This document shows, one piece after another, positions 59,810 to 64,000 of a stretch of DNA of 64,000 nt. The number at the start of each line of letters is the position of its first letter. Position 1 is the first letter of the stretch. Below the pieces are notes generated by a model. It did not search any database and was not told where the DNA came from. It saw only the letters and a list, made by a program, of their open reading frames with translations. The DNA is taken from contig CM041465.1 of NCBI GenBank assembly GCA_023213395.1, positions 225,873,741 to 225,937,740 of the forward strand, given 5' to 3'. The position numbers and the translations under genes are program-made. This DNA comes from Cycas panzhihuaensis. Its lineage: Eukaryota; Plantae; Cycadophyta.

Positions 59810-62800
59810 AATGTTTTATCTATTTTATTCCAAGTTTATTCCTAAAAAATTAAAATTTATCCTTGCTTAGGAGTTTTGTAAATATGTTAGCAACTTGTTC
59901 ATTTGAAGTGTAGTGTAGCAACCCTATCTCCTTACTTTGACACTTTTCTCTTATGAAGTGATGATGAACTTCTATATGCTTTGTTTTGGCTTGAAGAATT
60001 AGATTTTTGGTCATCTTAACTGTGCTCTGGTTGTTGCAATACAGAGTAGTAGGAATATTTTGCTCTTGATCCATATCTTTTAGTAACTGTCTAGCCCATA
60101 TGGCTTCACAGGTTGCACTTACTGTAGACTTGTATTTGGCTTCTGTAGAAGATAAGGCAATTGTGGATTGCATTTTGTTGCTCCATGATATTACTGCAGA
60201 GCCTATGGAAAAATAGTATACTATAGTAGACTTCCTTTCTACTTTGTTACCAGGCCAATCTAAGTCGCTATTACCAATTAGCTGCATGGTATTAGGCTTC
60301 ATGTAGTTCAATCCGAAGTTTATTATTCCTTTTAAACATGTAAGTATTCTCTTTGTTGTATTCTAGTGTGATATCTTGGGCTCTTGCATATATTTAGAAA
60401 TTACTCCAACTGAGTAAGAAATGTCAGGTCTGGTAGCAGTGAGATATATTAGGCTTCCAACTAGTTGCTTGTATGTAGTTGTATTTATTGACTGACCATC
60501 TGCATCATGATTTAGAACACAACCTACATTTGTGGGTATTGCACAGCTGTTATAATTTTCCATATTAAATTTTCTCAACAGATTCCTAATGTACTTGGAC
60601 TGAGATAAAATAATTGTATCTTTTAGCTGATTTATTTCAATTCCAAGATAGTAATGTACCAGTCCCAAGTTGGTCATTTTAAAGACCTTTTTTAATTGAT
60701 CCTTTATCGATGTGATGGAGTCTGTATCATTTTCTGTGAGGATCATATCATCTACATACACCACTATTATAGTTATTAGATCTTTGTTGATTTTTATATA
60801 CAGATTATGATAAGATTCACACCTATGAAAATTATTGTGAACAAGATATTTATCCAATTTTGCATGCCAAGCCCTTGGTGCTTGCTTCAACCCATACAGG
60901 GCTTTCTTTAATATGCATATAAGGTGTTTTTGTCTTGAGTTTGCATACCCTTATGGCTGATGCATATATACTTCCTCTTTTAATTCTCCCTTTAAAACGG
61001 CACTTTTCACATCAAGTTGAAAAGTTTTCCATTTTTATTGAGTTGCCAAGGCAATTACTGTTCTCATAGTATTTAGTTTGGCTACTGGTGAGAATGTTTC
61101 ATCATAATCTATTCTAGCACTTTGAGTGTACCCCTTAGTGACTAATCTTGCTTTATATTTTTCAACTTCTCAATTGGACTTTTCTTTTACCTTATAAACC
61201 CATTTGCAATTGACAATGAGTTTGTTTGGTGGTTGTTCGACCAACTCCCAAGTTTCATTTTTTTTTAATAGCAACTATCTCAGCATCCATTGTTGTTTTC
61301 CATTCAGCATGTTGACTTGCTTCTTCATATGTTTGAGGTTCAACAAAGCAAGTCAATGCTTGATGTTTTTGTGACCTTGTTCTGTGTTCAAAAACATCTC
61401 CTTTTGCTTCTTCAAAAGTTTTGAGATACCATTTTGGTATCCTTTTTGCAGGAATCCTTCTGGCCTGTTGTTCTTCAGGTGTATCTCCCCTGTTTTGTTC
61501 TTCTTCTCTTGAAGTATTTTGTTCCAAGAATAGACTAGCTTGACTGTTGTTTGGTGATTTCCCTTCAAGGGATTCATTTTCAGATACAACATCTTTCGAA
61601 GTGATTCCAAAATCTTCACTAGTAAAAGTTGGCATGGGACTAGTAGCTAATGTTTTTGGATTTGTTTCTATTTCTTTACATATCCCTTGATTTCTTTCAA
61701 AACTTTCATCAAAGATTACATCTCTGCTAATATGGACCCTGTTGGTTTTAGGATCTATGCATCTATAAGCCTTGGACCTATTGCTATATCCAATCATTAC
61801 ATATTCTATGCTTTTATTATCAAGCTTAGTTTGTTTCTTATTTGGAATATGAACATAAGCTGTACAACCAAAAACTTTGAGATTACTTACATTTGGTTTC
61901 CATCTTGTCCAGGCTTCTTCTGGTGTGATCTTATACAAAGCTTAAGTTGGGCTTTTGTTTATCAAGTACACTGTAGTATTAACAGCTTATACTCAATATG
62001 TTTTAGTGACTTGTTTATCTTGAATTAGACAACGAGCCATTTCCATTATGGTTCTCTTCATTTGTTCCACTACACCATCTGATTGTGGCATGTAAATTCC
62101 ATGTGTCTTACAAAAGAAATGAAATTCCTTTGACATATACTCTCCTCCACCATAAGAACGAATGCATTTTACTTGGTATTGCTTTCTAGTTCAACCCAGC
62201 TTTGAATTCTTTAAAGAAATCAAATGTTTTTGATTTACTATATAGAAAGTTACCCAAGCTCTTCTTGAAAGGTCATCAATAAAGGTAAGAAAATACTGGG
62301 CTCCATTTAAGGAACTTGGTGTAATGGGTTTGCAGAGATCTGTGTAGGCTAGCTCCAATTTGTTCTGAGCATGCCATGAACTTCTTTGAAATGGAGTTCT
62401 ATGCTGCTTTCCCATCATACAACTTCTACAAACAAAGGGATTAAAAGATACGTTTGGAAGTCCATCTACCATGTTGGAATTTTTCAACAGTTCTAACTTA
62501 TCATTTGAGATATGCCCATACTTCAAATGCCAAATTTAATTATCATTAATGTTAGAAACAACGAAAGAGTTTACATTAGTTCTAGACATAATGGAATCAC
62601 TTTTAGGCAAAATGGGAGTAGAAAGTAACTTGTAGAGATTGTTGCTTTCTAGCCCTTTTGCAACTACAACTCCATTTCTTTTCATGCCTAAAATAAATTA
62701 GTGTCCATTTTCATCAAACACACTCCTTAGCTTCTTTTTTCCCAATTGGGACACAAACAATAGATTCATTTTCATTCCAGGAACAAACAGAACATTCCTA

Positions 62801-63735
62801 ATTTTTTGAACTTTCCCAGCAATCTCTACAATAATTATTCCAATTCCTTAAATGTAAAGAGAATAATTATTTCCTAATTCAATCGTTCTATTAAAAGGAT
62901 AAGGTTTTAAGGTTTCAAACCATTTATTTCTCCTTGTCATGTGATTAGATGCTCCCGAGTTAATGTACCAGTCATCCATTACATTAAAGCTAGCAACAAG
63001 AGCAACAACAAAAGTTGTTTCTTCTTCGTCTTCCACTGTGTCTTGTTCTTTGCTATAATGTCTTGCAACTTGCTTCCCTCTCTAAATCTCTGTACGTATT
63101 TGAGAACATTGATAAGGATAATGTCTAGACAATCCATAGTGATAACATACATCAAATGCTTGACAGTTGTTGGAAAAGTGACTTGGTCTCTCGTAGTTAA
63201 AGCAAACTTTGGCATCTCTAGGAGGAAAGCATCTCCCTCTGTCTCTGCCTTCTGGCCAACATCCCTTGAAACTTGGTCCAATTCATGTTTTCTATTGATG
63301 GTGTTCTGCTACGGCCTTGAGAAGCAAGTTGTCTTCATCCTTTGTTGCCTAAATTGAGTTTTGAAATAAAACCCTCTTCAATTTTAGCTTCCTCTTCATA
63401 CCTTTTATTCCTCTATTCTTGATTTAGCATATGCCCTGTTAAAGTCTCAAAAGACATATTAGCAGTTTGTCCTCCTCCTGTGACATATTGGCCATGCCAT
63501 CAAATGATTTAAGTAGTTTGTTTACTACCAATCGAACAAGTTCTGTATCAGTAACCTTATCTCGTGCTATAATAATGTTGCTTTTGACATTATTTACTTT
63601 TGCAACAAAATAAAAAACTGATTGATTTTCTTTCATTTTGAATTTATATAAATCTTCTCTTGGAGCAATTATTCGAGCCTCATTCCTTTGGCTAAACAAT
63701 GAAGTCACGACCTTCCAAATTTTTGTAGAAGATCC
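59810..63735 (-). pseudogene. Copia A gag-pol remnants
   Basis: RH (ALSSTEAKY, NQSTVKM.KN....KTKHIEVHHHFIRE), RT (KQAPRAW, VYVDDM), IN (TPEEAW....P.VS.LKVFGC.AYVHIP), GAG-pre-IN (YGHIS), protease (WYINSGASNHMT) and gag 63439-63708. Confidence 0.9.
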
Positions 63736-64000
63736 TGTTAAACCTTATGTTTACATGTTAAGATAATGTACTTTAATTTTTCATGTAATATGAGTACTTT
63801 TTACTTTAGGGGTGACTTATCACTTAAGTGATAAAGTGCACACCCACATTCTTTCTAGTGACACAACGTTGTCACTAAAGGGTCAAATGGACCCTCATGC
63901 ACTTTTGCTCACATGAGAGCCCAAAAGGACACATGTCCAACATGCAAGGCATGTAACTTGGATGTTTGACACTTGTCAAACATCCAAGGCCTTAGGTCTC
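63736..64000. mobile_element. Start of a further insertion (probable LTR), palindrome-rich, interrupting Copia A gag
   Basis: Copia gag homology stops at ~63735 and new sequence begins TGTTAAAC; the partner end is outside the window. Confidence 0.55.

Larger units (their letters stand above)
47726..63735 (-). mobile_element. Ty1/Copia element A (outer host), 3' LTR split by the Gypsy insertion, gag end interrupted at ~63736
   Basis: 3' LTR pieces ~47726-47864 (TGTT.., start inferred) and 59738-59800 (..CTAACA); PPT rc ccctctct 59801-59808. RH/RT/IN/PR/gag remnants span 59810-63735. Confidence 0.75.
26604..64000 (+). other. Probable very large, TE-filled intronic region of the bZIP gene (extends past the window end)
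   Basis: No basic region/leucine zipper exon (..SNRESARRSR.RKQ..) found downstream within the window; the sequence is dominated by retroelements. Confidence 0.6.

Overview
Eukaryotic land-plant genomic DNA: AT-rich, CpG-depleted and mostly transposon-derived. A large-genome, probably seed-free lineage is my inference. The only host gene I can support is the first coding exon of a group C bZIP transcription factor (bZIP63/CPRF2/Opaque2-like, + strand, 26136-26603). It sits in a CpG island with an ACGT-box-rich promoter and an overlapping uORF. I found no bZIP-domain exon downstream, so the remaining ~37 kb is probably intron, and every orientable retroelement in it is antisense to the gene. 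These include an old 14-kb non-chromovirus Gypsy carrying an ~890-bp triplication and a nested 2.3-kb gag-only element with three LTRs, plus a Copia>Gypsy>Copia nest in which both insertions hit LTRs (perfect TSDs ATACA and CCAAG). Upstream of the gene are an RT-less chromovirus with a filler-bridged in-frame PR-IN junction and ~7 kb of compound (TA)n microsatellite. The microsatellite is split by a LINE 3' fragment, capped on the left by an 81-bp-arm foldback and on the right by a degenerate Copia. The many long YI/YM-rich ORFs are microsatellite artefacts. I see no clearly new protein-coding system; the best leads are structural: the triple-LTR element, a conserved PPT hairpin/pseudoknot in two Copia copies, microsatellite-associated insertions and the bZIP leader. 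All divergence counts were made by eye and are approximate.
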